Shown here: positions 45,493-54,959 of the stretch, in pieces | Layout of the letters: each line of letters begins with the position of its first letter | How positions within the stretch are numbered: position 1 is the first letter of the stretch | Assembly: GCA_964611625.1 (NCBI GenBank) | Contig: CAZTAM010000002.1 | Coordinates: 89,168 to 153,167, forward strand | DNA length: 64,000 nucleotides | Origin: an uncultured Nitrospiraceae bacterium | Lineage (GTDB): Bacteria; Nitrospirota; 9FT-COMBO-42-15; HDB-SIOI813 | Reading direction: 5' to 3' | Notes under the pieces: model-generated | Database searches by the model: none | What the model was told of the DNA's origin: nothing | Seen by the model: the letters and a program-made list of their open reading frames with translations, nothing else | Made by a program: the position numbers and the translations under genes

Positions 45493-46564
45493 CGTGTAAT
45501 TCGATCCTCTCATTTGTTGATTCAGGATTAATCTGCTCCTTTAATACCTCTCCAAAATCCTCATCTTTTCCTAATTTTGTAAGCATGGATATAGTAGTGG
45601 CAGTCACTCCCACAACTATTTTTTCTCCTGCAACCTCCACTAACGCTATTGATTTCTTAGGGCCAAGGTATGTAGTAGTAATCACCCTGATCTTGTGTTC
45701 CTGTCCGGCAAACCCGATTTTCTTGCCGAGATATTTCTTTACCAGATAGACAACTGCGAAAAGAAGAGAAAGAACAATCCCGAGTGCCGTCACCATCTTA
45801 ATAACAGAGCTGCTGAAACTTGGCGGAGCTGATACCGGCACTGACTTGGCTTCTTCCGCAACAGGAATTAGCGGAAGGCTCTCCGGATTATGCATATTTG
45901 AATCTGCTTCAGCAGACAATTGCACTGTCCCGGATTCATCCCGGGATTCGCTCAGATTTGCTGCAACTACATCACTGACTGCAATCGGTTCAGTTTTTGT
46001 GGTTTGCGGCGGCGGCGGTAATTTTACAATCTTTTCCCGCGATTTATTCTCAACGGGTGCCGCCTTACTTTTTTTTACCTCTTTCTTTGCATTGACTTTC
46101 GCTATAACAGGGGCCTTCGTTGCAACAACTGCAGGGACCTGTTCATAACTAATGATCAGGTCATTATTTACCTTGCTTATGCTGATTCTTTCCCTGATGC
46201 CGGCAGCATTGCCATAGGTAAATAACCGTACCCGCACTGTATTTGTATCATATTGATATACAAATATATTTTTCACAATTTCATCTTCTACATTCAGCCA
46301 TTGCTTCGCCGGATCTGTATATGCCTCTGGAATTTCAATCTGAACATATTCATCCCGGTACAATATTTTTTCATCTCCTGGCTGTGAATCAAATCTGAGT
46401 TCAATTTTAGTATTGTCAACTGTGGTAGTTATTTTGATATCATTTAGCATCGCAGGATTAGCGGGCTCTGCTCCAGAAGTATTATGCATGACAAACATCA
46501 TTGCCAATAGAATCAGTACTGAAAGTAATTTATTCATCATCCGAAACCCCATCCTCCCCGTCAT
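45470..46564 (-). CDS. fliO: FliO-like protein with a roughly 250-aa N-terminal periplasmic extension
   Basis: The C-terminal 100 aa (TM IKMVTALGIVLSLLFAVVYLV, then ..IRVITTTYLGPKKSIALVEVAGEKIVVGVTATTISMLTKL) match FliO. The N-terminus has a signal peptide, a roughly 130-aa beta-rich domain, and a P/K/A-rich linker. Confidence 0.6.
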   Translation of the reverse strand: MTGRMGFRMMNKLLSVLILLAMMFVMHNTSGAEPANPAMLNDIKITTTVDNTKIELRFDSQPGDEKILYRDEYVQIEIPEAYTDPAKQWLNVEDEIVKNIFVYQYDTNTVRVRLFTYGNAAGIRERISISKVNNDLIISYEQVPAVVATKAPVIAKVNAKKEVKKSKAAPVENKSREKIVKLPPPPQTTKTEPIAVSDVVAANLSESRDESGTVQLSAEADSNMHNPESLPLIPVAEEAKSVPVSAPPSFSSSVIKMVTALGIVLSLLFAVVYLVKKYLGKKIGFAGQEHKIRVITTTYLGPKKSIALVEVAGEKIVVGVTATTISMLTKLGKDEDFGEVLKEQINPESTNERIELHDELWEKV

Positions 46565-46641
46565 CCCAAACCTTATGCTGAACTCGTTTCAGTACTGTTT
46601 CAGGAAATGACAGCCTTATGGCCTCTGCTCAATGCCTTGTG

Positions 46642-47064
46642 TTATTTCAACTGTTCTACTCTGTCCGTCAGGCTCAATACATCAGTCAAGCGGACCCCGA
46701 ACTTATCATTCACTACAACTACCTCGCCCCGCGCAATCAACTTGTCATTTACGAGTACGTCCATAGGCTCGCCAGCCAATTTGTTCAGCTCGATAATTGA
46801 ACCCTGTCCCAGTTGAAGCAGGTCCTTTATCAACATCTTTGTCCCGCCGACATTAACCGAGATTTGCAGGGATATATCAAGTATGAAGTCAAGGTTGTTT
46901 ATACCTCCACCTGTATTCGCAGCCTTAAGCGGCGTAAAATTGGCAGGCTTGGCGTCCACAGATTTTTCCTGGGATGTATCATCCCCATTCTCATGCTCCC
47001 CTGAAACCGCTGTTTCATCCCCCAAGGATTGCTCCCACTGGGCTGCCAGTTCATTGTCATCCAT
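46642..47064 (-). CDS. fliN: Flagellar motor switch protein FliN
   Basis: ..LDFILDISLQISVNVGGTKMLIKDLLQLGQGSIIELNKLAGEPMDVLVNDKLIARGEVVVV is the SpoA/FliN domain. Confidence 0.88.
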   Translation of the reverse strand: MDDNELAAQWEQSLGDETAVSGEHENGDDTSQEKSVDAKPANFTPLKAANTGGGINNLDFILDISLQISVNVGGTKMLIKDLLQLGQGSIIELNKLAGEPMDVLVNDKLIARGEVVVVNDKFGVRLTDVLSLTDRVEQLK

Positions 47065-47083
47065 TGCTTTCTACCCCCTTAAT

Positions 47084-48049
47084 TTAAGAAAACGACAGTA
47101 TCTGAAATGCCAGATTGCCCCTGAATACCCCAGGCCTGCCTGTGAACTTAGGCATACCTTCAATCCTGGCCACAATATTTTCATCAGCCGGTTTATCAAG
47201 AATTAGAATGTCACCTGTATTTAAATTCAGTAAATCTTTAATCTTTATCATCGCTCCCCCAAGCTCAATGGTAATATTAAGAGAACACTCGGACAGCTGT
47301 TTCCCGAATCTATCCATCCACATTTTATCTACCTCATAATTATCACTCTGATACCCTGCCTGTAATTTATCCTTGATTGGTTCAATGCTTGGATATGGTA
47401 TGCAGACGTGGATCTTGCCGGGAGAGCTGTCGATCTCAATATCAAATTCAATGACTATTACTATTTCTGTCGGCGTTACTACAGAGGCGAATTGCGGATT
47501 GATCTCAGTCCTGGAATACTGCACATCAACTGCATGAACAGGTTTCCAGGCCTTCTCTATATCCTTGAGACACAGATTGACAATCTTGTTGATCAGTCTG
47601 TGCTCAATAGGTGTAAAATCTCTCCCCTCAATCTTTACATGGGTCTGAGCCTTACCGCCAAAAGAATTATCTATCATGAGGTAAATCACCCTTGGATCAA
47701 TTACAAGCAGGCTGAAACCCTTTAATGGATCCATCTTGAATACATTGATGCACGCAGGCAGCGGTATGTGTTTCATGAATTCTCCAAACTTCATCAGCTC
47801 GACTGATGCCATGTTCACGCCCACTAACTTTTTCAGCATGGCAGACATGCTTACCTGAAATATCCTTGTGAAACGCTCGTTGATAATCTCAAGAGTCGGC
47901 ATCCTCCCGCGAATAACACGTTCATTACTTGTAAGATCATAAGTGCGGAAGCCATTGTCATCTGCCGAAGATGAGCCAGCCGGCAAATCTCCGCTGTCAA
48001 TCCCTTTTAACAGCGCGTTTACTTCTTCCTGCGATAATATTTTTTCCAT
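47084..48049 (-). CDS. fliM: Flagellar motor switch protein FliM
   Basis: MEKILSQEEVNALLKG is the CheY-binding N-terminus (LSQxEIDALL). It has a FliM middle domain and a C-terminal SpoA-like region. Confidence 0.9.
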   Translation of the reverse strand: MEKILSQEEVNALLKGIDSGDLPAGSSSADDNGFRTYDLTSNERVIRGRMPTLEIINERFTRIFQVSMSAMLKKLVGVNMASVELMKFGEFMKHIPLPACINVFKMDPLKGFSLLVIDPRVIYLMIDNSFGGKAQTHVKIEGRDFTPIEHRLINKIVNLCLKDIEKAWKPVHAVDVQYSRTEINPQFASVVTPTEIVIVIEFDIEIDSSPGKIHVCIPYPSIEPIKDKLQAGYQSDNYEVDKMWMDRFGKQLSECSLNITIELGGAMIKIKDLLNLNTGDILILDKPADENIVARIEGMPKFTGRPGVFRGNLAFQILSFS

Positions 48050-48058
48050 TTATCCTCA

Positions 48059-48589
48059 CTACTGCATAACAAATTCAGTAAAATAAACAGCCTTTATTTT
48101 TCCGGTCTGAAGAAAGTTATTGATTCGCAGAACTATATCATCCTGCAATTTGAGTTTTCCTCCTGTACTTTTCACATCATCAGCCGTCTTGCTTGAAAGC
48201 AGCATTAGAATTGCATCTCTTATCTGAGGCATTCTTTTTTGTATTTCTGCAGTCATTTTTTCAGAATCAACTTCCAGATTTACGGCTATCTTTAGATATG
48301 TAACTTCACCCGGATCTGCCAGATTAATTATGAAGGGGTCCATGGTCACTATATGTCCCGGGGTGTCTTTAGCAGTTTCATCCGCCTTGGCAGCTGCTGT
48401 ACCATTATCCCCGCCTTTACCCTTAATCAAAATCCATCCTGTAAATGCTCCGCCCAGAATTAACACTATTCCTGCACCTATAATAGCCAGCTTCATTATC
48501 TTTCCTTTAGACCCCTTTGCTGAGGCTGCTTCTGCCCCTTCATCTGCCTTCTTTTTTTCTTCGCCTTCGGTTTTTTCTTCCTTTGACAT
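48059..48589 (-). CDS. fliL: Flagellar basal-body protein FliL
   Basis: 176 aa with a single TM (LAIIGAGIVLILGGAFTGWILI) and a FliL-like periplasmic domain. It precedes fliM. GAGGGGG RBS. Confidence 0.8.
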   Translation of the reverse strand: MSKEEKTEGEEKKKADEGAEAASAKGSKGKIMKLAIIGAGIVLILGGAFTGWILIKGKGGDNGTAAAKADETAKDTPGHIVTMDPFIINLADPGEVTYLKIAVNLEVDSEKMTAEIQKRMPQIRDAILMLLSSKTADDVKSTGGKLKLQDDIVLRINNFLQTGKIKAVYFTEFVMQ

Positions 48590-48645
48590 TTTTCCCCCTC
48601 ATATGACTGTCAGGCTTTATTCATTAAACCTGTCAACCTATATTT

Positions 48646-48661
48646 TGCAATGTACATGCCA
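48646..48661 (-). promoter_or_regulatory. Sigma-54 (-24/-12) promoter candidate for the fliL-fliM-fliN-... operon
   Basis: The minus strand reads TGGCAT-GTACA-TTGCA with exactly 10 nt between GG and GC. The predicted start site is about 45 nt upstream of the fliL ATG. Confidence 0.55.
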
Positions 48662-48825
48662 GTAAATATTCAACTTCAGCATTATTATTTACCTTGCTTT
48701 TCAATCAGTTACAGTGATCATATGGATAACGGGGAGACGGCCTGGCGTCAAACTAAGCTATACAATGTCATCTAATTGACAAACATTACAAACTAGAAAT
48801 ATACAAACTTTTATGAAGTCTGTGA

Positions 48826-48856
48826 AATGGGAAAACCCCCTCAGGACCTGAGGGGG
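48826..48856 (-). terminator. Rho-independent terminator downstream of flgE
   Basis: CCCCCTCAGG-A-CCTGAGGGGG forms a GC-rich hairpin of 8-10 bp, followed on the minus strand by UUUUCCCAUUU. It lies 15 nt after the flgE stop. Confidence 0.65.
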
Positions 48857-48871
48857 TTCGGTGAATACTAT

Positions 48872-50203
48872 TTATCTCTTCAGATTTACAAGCTCTTCAA
48901 GCATTGAATCGGTGGTAGTAATAATCCTCGAGTTGGCCTGAAAAGCCCTCTGCGTAGTTATAAGTTTAATGAATTCTTCTGCAAGATCAACGTTGGAAAG
49001 TTCAAGTGTATTGGCAAGAATCCTTCCGCGGCCTCCGCTGTCAGGAACGCCCAAAACAGGCTGACCCGAATCATACGATTGTGCATAAAGGTTTTTCCCA
49101 ATCTTGGTCATACCATCAGGATTTGAAAACATACCAATAACGATCTGGCCTAAAGTCCTCGTCTGCCCGTTAGTGAAAAGTCCGCTGATCATACCGGATT
49201 GATTTACACTCAGACTCTTTAATGAGCCAGCTGCATAGCCATCCTGATTAAGAAATACAGTTGTGGATGCTGATCCGAATTGTGTCGTACCATCTAATCC
49301 TGAACCTCCGTCGGCGATACCAGTACCAAAGTCAAAGTTGATACTCTGATTCTGTACCCCGCCACCCGCAAAGTTGAAAGAAGAGGCCACATCAGGAAGA
49401 CCAAGTCCAGACACTGGATCAATATCCATGTCCGAGATGTTTTCTGCTACAAGCGCCCCGCTCGTATTAAACTGGAGATACCCGCGCCCCATAATCTCAG
49501 AACCTGTCAGTCCATCAGCAACAGCATTCCACTGCCAGTAATTTCCCGTACCTCCTGTTGTATCTTCATGTATTTTCGTAAAATATGTTGTGACAAGGTG
49601 CTGATTTCCAAGAGAGTCGTAAACAGTCATGGAATTGGAATAATGATATGAGTTGCCTGCGTCACTGATGTCAAAACCTGCAGCTATTGGTACTTCGCTG
49701 GAATCCAGATTGGCTGTGAACTGGATTGTCGATGTCATATTGGGCGGGGTAGTATTTGACGATACATCTATATTTCCAATGGTGTTGGTAATGTTTCCAG
49801 TTGGATTTGACCGGTAGCATTGCAGGAAATATCCTTCAGGGTTTACTATGTAACCATCGCTGTTCATACTGAACTGACCGGCCCTGGAGTAGAATGATGT
49901 ACCTGCTGAATCATTGACGAGAAAAAATCCTTCACCATCAATACCAAAATCAAGTGCACTTGATGTTGTTTCCATTGATCCCTGTGAGAACAGAGTGGAA
50001 ACATCACTCAGATATACACCCCGTCCTATCTGTGAACCTGATGATCCTGTCAGGCTCTGGCTAAGAACATCAGCAAATGCTGCCCGGCTCGCCTTGAAAC
50101 CTACTGTGTTTACATTCGCAATATTGTTGCCTATCACTGAAAGAGAGGTGCCATTTGCGTTAAGACCACTTATCCCTGTAAAAAGTGATGTCAAAATTGC
50201 CAT
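48872..50203 (-). CDS. flgE: Flagellar hook protein FlgE
   Basis: MAILTSLFTGISGLNANGTSLSVIGNNIANVNTVGFKASRAAF. The C-terminus is ..TQRAFQANSRIITTTDSMLEELVNL. Confidence 0.92.
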   Translation of the reverse strand: MAILTSLFTGISGLNANGTSLSVIGNNIANVNTVGFKASRAAFADVLSQSLTGSSGSQIGRGVYLSDVSTLFSQGSMETTSSALDFGIDGEGFFLVNDSAGTSFYSRAGQFSMNSDGYIVNPEGYFLQCYRSNPTGNITNTIGNIDVSSNTTPPNMTSTIQFTANLDSSEVPIAAGFDISDAGNSYHYSNSMTVYDSLGNQHLVTTYFTKIHEDTTGGTGNYWQWNAVADGLTGSEIMGRGYLQFNTSGALVAENISDMDIDPVSGLGLPDVASSFNFAGGGVQNQSINFDFGTGIADGGSGLDGTTQFGSASTTVFLNQDGYAAGSLKSLSVNQSGMISGLFTNGQTRTLGQIVIGMFSNPDGMTKIGKNLYAQSYDSGQPVLGVPDSGGRGRILANTLELSNVDLAEEFIKLITTQRAFQANSRIITTTDSMLEELVNLKR

Positions 50204-50274
50204 CTTATTTCCCTCCTTTATTATTTAATAAAACATCCATATCTTTACCATGTAATGCACTGTATCCAGGCATG

Positions 50275-50946
50275 TTAACGATTCACCTCCTTAACCTCTG
50301 CAATATCTGATACCGGTATCTTCATCCCCTTAATCGTAAGATACGGGACGTCTCCTTCGAATAATACACCATCTGCCACTCCTACTACATTTGAGAGAAT
50401 ATTTATCTGATTACCCTTCACATCCTTAGCATTTAAAGAGAAGTTATATTCACCTGCCGGCATGATATTTCCTGAATAATCCTTTCCATCCCACATTGCA
50501 GTGTGATAACCGGAACTTTTCGGCCCAGCCTCTATACTGCTAACCGGCTTCCCATCTTTATTAAATATCCTTATAACCACTTCATTTGCATCATCATTCA
50601 ACTGATAGCCTATTCCAGTTGCTCCTTTTTTGTCATCCATGATAATCCTGTTACCCGAAGCCTTTACATCTTTTCCTATTAAGCTTACCGCCTGTTTGTT
50701 GCTCATCTCTCTCTGTGATTCTGCCAGATTATTCAGTCCGCTGTTGATATTAGACAGGTGATCCAGGCTTGAAAACTGGGAAAGCTGTGTAACAAATTCT
50801 GTGTGCTCCATTGGTTTTAACGGGTCCTGATACTGCAGCTGAGTAACAAGAAGACGAATAAAATCTTCCTGACCAAGGGTCTTTTTTACCTCCCTGTCAA
50901 CGGTATTTTTAGCCGATATTTCACTTCCCGTGATTGAATTAACCAT
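50275..50946 (-). CDS. flgD: Hook capping protein FlgD
   Basis: ..LGQEDFIRLLVTQLQYQDPLKPMEHTEFVTQLSQFSSLDHLSNIN is the FlgD N-terminal domain. Confidence 0.88.
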   Translation of the reverse strand: MVNSITGSEISAKNTVDREVKKTLGQEDFIRLLVTQLQYQDPLKPMEHTEFVTQLSQFSSLDHLSNINSGLNNLAESQREMSNKQAVSLIGKDVKASGNRIIMDDKKGATGIGYQLNDDANEVVIRIFNKDGKPVSSIEAGPKSSGYHTAMWDGKDYSGNIMPAGEYNFSLNAKDVKGNQINILSNVVGVADGVLFEGDVPYLTIKGMKIPVSDIAEVKEVNR

Positions 50947-50965
50947 ATAACCTCCTTCCGTATAA

Positions 50966-51955
50966 TTACACGAATATGCTTATTCCACCTGATGGAACGG
51001 CATAAATTAGTCTTTCATCGCTGTGAGACAATGCTGTGTCCTCATAGACCGGCGCAGCGGAATAATTAATATTTTCAAACATCTCGCCACTCTTTCCGTC
51101 TGACCACCCGCCCGCTATGTTACCATCATAAGAAGAAGACGCGATATTCACTGTAAATTTATCTATCTTCAATCCTGCTTCCCTTAACTGGTCTATAAGT
51201 TTATCAATATCTGCCTCTATAAGATCTTTTACACTGCCATTCTCAACAGTAACAACCGCATTGATACTGTCATTGTCAACCGCTATATCCAAATGCAGAT
51301 TACCTAATTCTTCAGGCTGAAGCCTGAGCCTGGCCGTATTTCCTCCCAAGTGGTACAGCTCAACAAATCTGTTAGATAACTGCGATACAACATCAGGACG
51401 GCCGGTGTTCAGATGTGGCACTGATACGTCATTATTTTTTCCATCGGCAACTTCAGGGACTAAACCTGGAATTACCTCCTGCATTGCATCTAAACTCATC
51501 TCAGGCGACTGATCGGGTTGTTCCTTCAGATCTTCACTGAACGAATTCATATCAAATAATCCTTTATATGCCTCTCTATCAACTGCGGCATGTACTGGAC
51601 TCTCCTGGCCTGTGACGTAAACATTATTGTCCTCCGCCTCCTTTTTTACGCAATCAACTTCCCCTCCTTCACCACTAACATGTAATTGCCTGAAGAAAGA
51701 GACAGGATCAGATTTAGAAGATTCAACCTTATTCAAATAAGCGGTATGATTCAGTCCTGAGGATAACGACTTCGTACCGTCAGGTTTTGGCGCTGCGATA
51801 TTATTGCCGGAGGATGACAACATAAGCAGCAATTCTGAGAAGATATCATTATCCTCTGCAACTTTTTCATTTTTTCTTGCTGCAGTATTCTTATCAGAAG
51901 TATGCTTAGGATCAACAGGCTTTACTTCCGGCGGCATTACAGCTGTCATATTCAT
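50966..51955 (-). CDS. fliK: Hook-length control protein FliK
   Basis: The C-terminal Flg_hook domain reads ..LRLQPEELGNLHLDIAVDNDSINAVVTVENGSVKDLIEADIDKL. It sits between ylxF-like and flgD. Confidence 0.75.
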   Translation of the reverse strand: MNMTAVMPPEVKPVDPKHTSDKNTAARKNEKVAEDNDIFSELLLMLSSSGNNIAAPKPDGTKSLSSGLNHTAYLNKVESSKSDPVSFFRQLHVSGEGGEVDCVKKEAEDNNVYVTGQESPVHAAVDREAYKGLFDMNSFSEDLKEQPDQSPEMSLDAMQEVIPGLVPEVADGKNNDVSVPHLNTGRPDVVSQLSNRFVELYHLGGNTARLRLQPEELGNLHLDIAVDNDSINAVVTVENGSVKDLIEADIDKLIDQLREAGLKIDKFTVNIASSSYDGNIAGGWSDGKSGEMFENINYSAAPVYEDTALSHSDERLIYAVPSGGISIFV

Positions 51956-51956
51956 T

Positions 51957-52523
51957 CTATCTTTCCACCTTTTTTACAGCTATTCTTGCACTTATTAATG
52001 CAGCCTTGTCTGCAGAAATGGACCCGAGAATCTTGCCCGCCTGCTTGATCTTTATGGCACTGAGAAGTTTAACAGCAAGATCAGTGTCCATCATCTCAAT
52101 CCTTTGTGCTGCCTCTTCAACTGACATTGATTCATACAACTTAGCCATCCTCGACATAGCATCCTGGGGTTTATTTTCACCTGGATTTTTCTGTATCCGG
52201 TCACGCAGTGAAGTATATTGCTTCAGTGAAAGCTCAACCGAATTCTTTAACATATTCAACCGCTCTTCCTCTTTCTTTAACGCCTCTTCCCGCCTCGATA
52301 ATTCACGCTCTCTTTCTTCAAGAGCCTTCATAATATCCTGAATATCTTCACCACCTTGATCCGAATATATTTCAGCACTGTTACTGCCGCCGGTGCTGGT
52401 CGATGCATTACCCTGGCCTCCATCTTGTTTTTGTACTGCGACTGCAGGTACAAATATAAAGACACCTATAAGAAAGGTGAAAACAATCGTAAGATAAATA
52501 ACAAGTTCTTTGCGCTTTAACAT
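51957..52523 (-). CDS. YlxF/MotE-like protein (MgtE-N-like domain)
   Basis: TM segment, coiled coil, then ..MAKLYESMSVEEAAQRIEMMDTDLAVKLLSAIKIKQAGKILGSI. It has the same fliJ-X-fliK position as B. subtilis ylxF. Confidence 0.5.
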   Translation of the reverse strand: MLKRKELVIYLTIVFTFLIGVFIFVPAVAVQKQDGGQGNASTSTGGSNSAEIYSDQGGEDIQDIMKALEERERELSRREEALKKEEERLNMLKNSVELSLKQYTSLRDRIQKNPGENKPQDAMSRMAKLYESMSVEEAAQRIEMMDTDLAVKLLSAIKIKQAGKILGSISADKAALISARIAVKKVER

Positions 52524-52531
52524 TTAATGCC

Positions 52532-52975
52532 TCAGTTATTTCTCAAGTATCTGTTACTCCCTATCTCGTTCATTGTCTTTTTATCTTCCTTTTTGACACT
52601 CTCTTTTTTACGAATCAGTTCATTGTCCCTGACTTTCTCCACAACCTTTTTATTCTGTGATGCACTTATCAGAGCTGACTCTCTGTCATTGTATATTTTG
52701 GTTGCTTCGGCTACTTTTCTGCGCTGAATCTCCATATCATGCGTTATCTGCTGCAGGTAAGAGTGATACATGAATATTTCATGGGGCGGCACCGTTCTCT
52801 CCTGTCTTTCCTTTAACTCTTCTATTGCCTGTCTGCAGATTTCCTCAAGAGCAAACAGCTTTCTTTCTTCCATTTCCAGCACCTCAAGAACTTCAGCCAA
52901 TTCATGCTTCATCGTCTCCTCCAGAAATTCCCTGTATCTCAAAAGCGGATCAAACCTTGCACTTTGATGCCTCAT
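52532..52975 (-). CDS. fliJ: Flagellar export protein FliJ
   Basis: A 147-aa coiled coil (ARFDPLLRYREFLEETMKHELAEVLEVLE..) immediately after fliI. Confidence 0.7.
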   Translation of the reverse strand: MRHQSARFDPLLRYREFLEETMKHELAEVLEVLEMEERKLFALEEICRQAIEELKERQERTVPPHEIFMYHSYLQQITHDMEIQRRKVAEATKIYNDRESALISASQNKKVVEKVRDNELIRKKESVKKEDKKTMNEIGSNRYLRNN

Positions 52976-54297
52976 GATGCCGCCTTATCTTCAAACAAAT
53001 CATGAAGACTCCTTATACTTTCATCGTAGTTGACCTTCTCATCTATACCCTGACGCAGATATTTATTGATCTTGTCCATCATGCTGATGGCAAAATCAAT
53101 TTCAGCGTTGCTGCCGGTTTTATATGCCCCGATATTTATAAGGTCTTCAGCCTTCCTGTATCTTGAGACTACCTCGCGCAGCCTTCTGGCGTTTGCAAGG
53201 TGTTCGGCAGAAACAATGTCTATCATTGTTCTGCTTATACTGCGAAGTATATCTATCGCAGGATAATGGTTGTGTGTAGCAAGATCCCTTGAAAGGACGA
53301 TATGCCCGTCTAATATGGACCTTACAGCATCCACGATAGGATCATTCATATCATCCTCCTCGACAAGTACCGTGTAGAGACCAGTAATATTGCCTGTACC
53401 TCCACATGTGCCGGCCCGCTCAAGCAATTTGGGAAGGACAGAGAATACAGACGGAGTATACCCCTTTGTAGTAGGAGGCTCACCGATGGCAAGTCCGACT
53501 TCTCTAAGCGCTGATGCAAAGCGCGTAACAGAGTCCATCATAAGCAGAACCTTTTTACCACAATCCCTGAAATACTCTGCGATAGCGGTAGCAATATATG
53601 CCCCCCTCATCCTTACAAGAGGCGGCTGGTCAGATGTTGCTACAATCACTACTGAACGTGCAAGGCCATCTGTCTTCAGGTCTTTTTCCAGAAACTCCTT
53701 TACCTCTCTACCTCTTTCACCAATCAACGCAATTACGTTGACATCCGCAGCTGTATTCCTAGCCATCATTCCAAGAAGTACGCTCTTGCCTACACCGCTT
53801 CCGGCAAATATACCAAGCCTTTGCCCCTGTCCGCATGTGAGTAATCCATTTAGTGCCTTTATACCAAGATCAAGCGGTTTTTCAATCCTCCGTCTGTCCA
53901 GCGGATTAAGGGGGGCATTATATATAGGGTATTCTACCTTTTCAATTATATCTCCCTTGCCGTCTATTGGATTGCCAAGGCCATCAATTACCCTGCCAAG
54001 CAGATTGGCTCCGATTTTTACGTATGCCCTGCTCGTCTTCGCCATTATGATGCTTCCAGGGCTCAACCCTCTCGTATCGCCAAGCGGCATAAGTTGAATC
54101 TTTTCCCCTTTGAACCCCACGACCTCTGCCTCAACAACATGTGAAGTCCCCTTTGGAAAGATGTCGCAAATCTCTCCTATGGATGAACCAGGTCCGTGTC
54201 CTTCTATTATAAGGCCTGTAATCTGCGTGACCTTTCCATAGACCCTGATAGGGTCTGTATCTTTAATGATACTGGTATACTTATTCAGACTGAACAT
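52972..54297 (-). CDS. fliI: Flagellum-specific ATPase FliI
   Basis: Walker A reads ..GIFAGSGVGKSVLLGMMARN. Walker B reads ..LLMMDSVTRFA. F1-ATPase beta-like. Confidence 0.93.
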   Translation of the reverse strand: MFSLNKYTSIIKDTDPIRVYGKVTQITGLIIEGHGPGSSIGEICDIFPKGTSHVVEAEVVGFKGEKIQLMPLGDTRGLSPGSIIMAKTSRAYVKIGANLLGRVIDGLGNPIDGKGDIIEKVEYPIYNAPLNPLDRRRIEKPLDLGIKALNGLLTCGQGQRLGIFAGSGVGKSVLLGMMARNTAADVNVIALIGERGREVKEFLEKDLKTDGLARSVVIVATSDQPPLVRMRGAYIATAIAEYFRDCGKKVLLMMDSVTRFASALREVGLAIGEPPTTKGYTPSVFSVLPKLLERAGTCGGTGNITGLYTVLVEEDDMNDPIVDAVRSILDGHIVLSRDLATHNHYPAIDILRSISRTMIDIVSAEHLANARRLREVVSRYRKAEDLINIGAYKTGSNAEIDFAISMMDKINKYLRQGIDEKVNYDESIRSLHDLFEDKAAS

Positions 54298-54299
54298 AA

Positions 54300-54959
54300 T
54301 TAACCGGCGGCCGCCAGCGCCCCCTTCATGACTTTTATCTGCGATTCAATCCTTGCATCTATATCACCCTGATTCGTCTCAATCAGACACCCTCCAGGCT
54401 GTACGGACTCATCTACTTCAATAAGGAGACTTTTTATGCCGTCAAAACATTGCAGCAGCTCAGAGCGTTTCTTATTCAAACCCTCGTAATCTGCAGGGGA
54501 AACCCTGATTTTCAATACCTCACGGTCCGATGCCCTTTTAATCGCCTCCTTAGCGTTATTTACAACTACGTTTCGGTCTTTCTCAGCAATCTCGCCTATA
54601 ATCCTGGCAGCTATCATCAGGGATATCTCTACCACATCATTCTCAACCTTACCGTACAATTCATCTTTGAGTTTTTCTGCACCTTCAATCAGCCCCTTCA
54701 ATATCTTTAATTCAGTGCCTACCTCCTTTAATATCTGCATTCTCCCTTTATTCAGACCATCTTCTAATCCCCTGTTATATGCCTTGATCTCCAACTTCTT
54801 AATTTCCGGATCTGTCCCAGGCGAATAGGCGGATGACATCGGTCCAATGCCATCATCTACGGCTTTCATATGAAATGGTTTTACCCCCGACCTGTCTTTC
54901 ACATCAGTCTTAAGGATCCGTTTCGACACTAAACTCTCCTCTCTTTGCTGACTCTTCAT
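54300..54959 (-). CDS. fliH: Flagellar export regulator FliH
   Basis: A 219-aa protein between fliG and fliI. ..AYNRGLEDGLNKGRMQILKE.. is a FliH-like coiled coil. Overlaps fliG by 4 nt. Confidence 0.75.
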   Translation of the reverse strand: MKSQQREESLVSKRILKTDVKDRSGVKPFHMKAVDDGIGPMSSAYSPGTDPEIKKLEIKAYNRGLEDGLNKGRMQILKEVGTELKILKGLIEGAEKLKDELYGKVENDVVEISLMIAARIIGEIAEKDRNVVVNNAKEAIKRASDREVLKIRVSPADYEGLNKKRSELLQCFDGIKSLLIEVDESVQPGGCLIETNQGDIDARIESQIKVMKGALAAAG

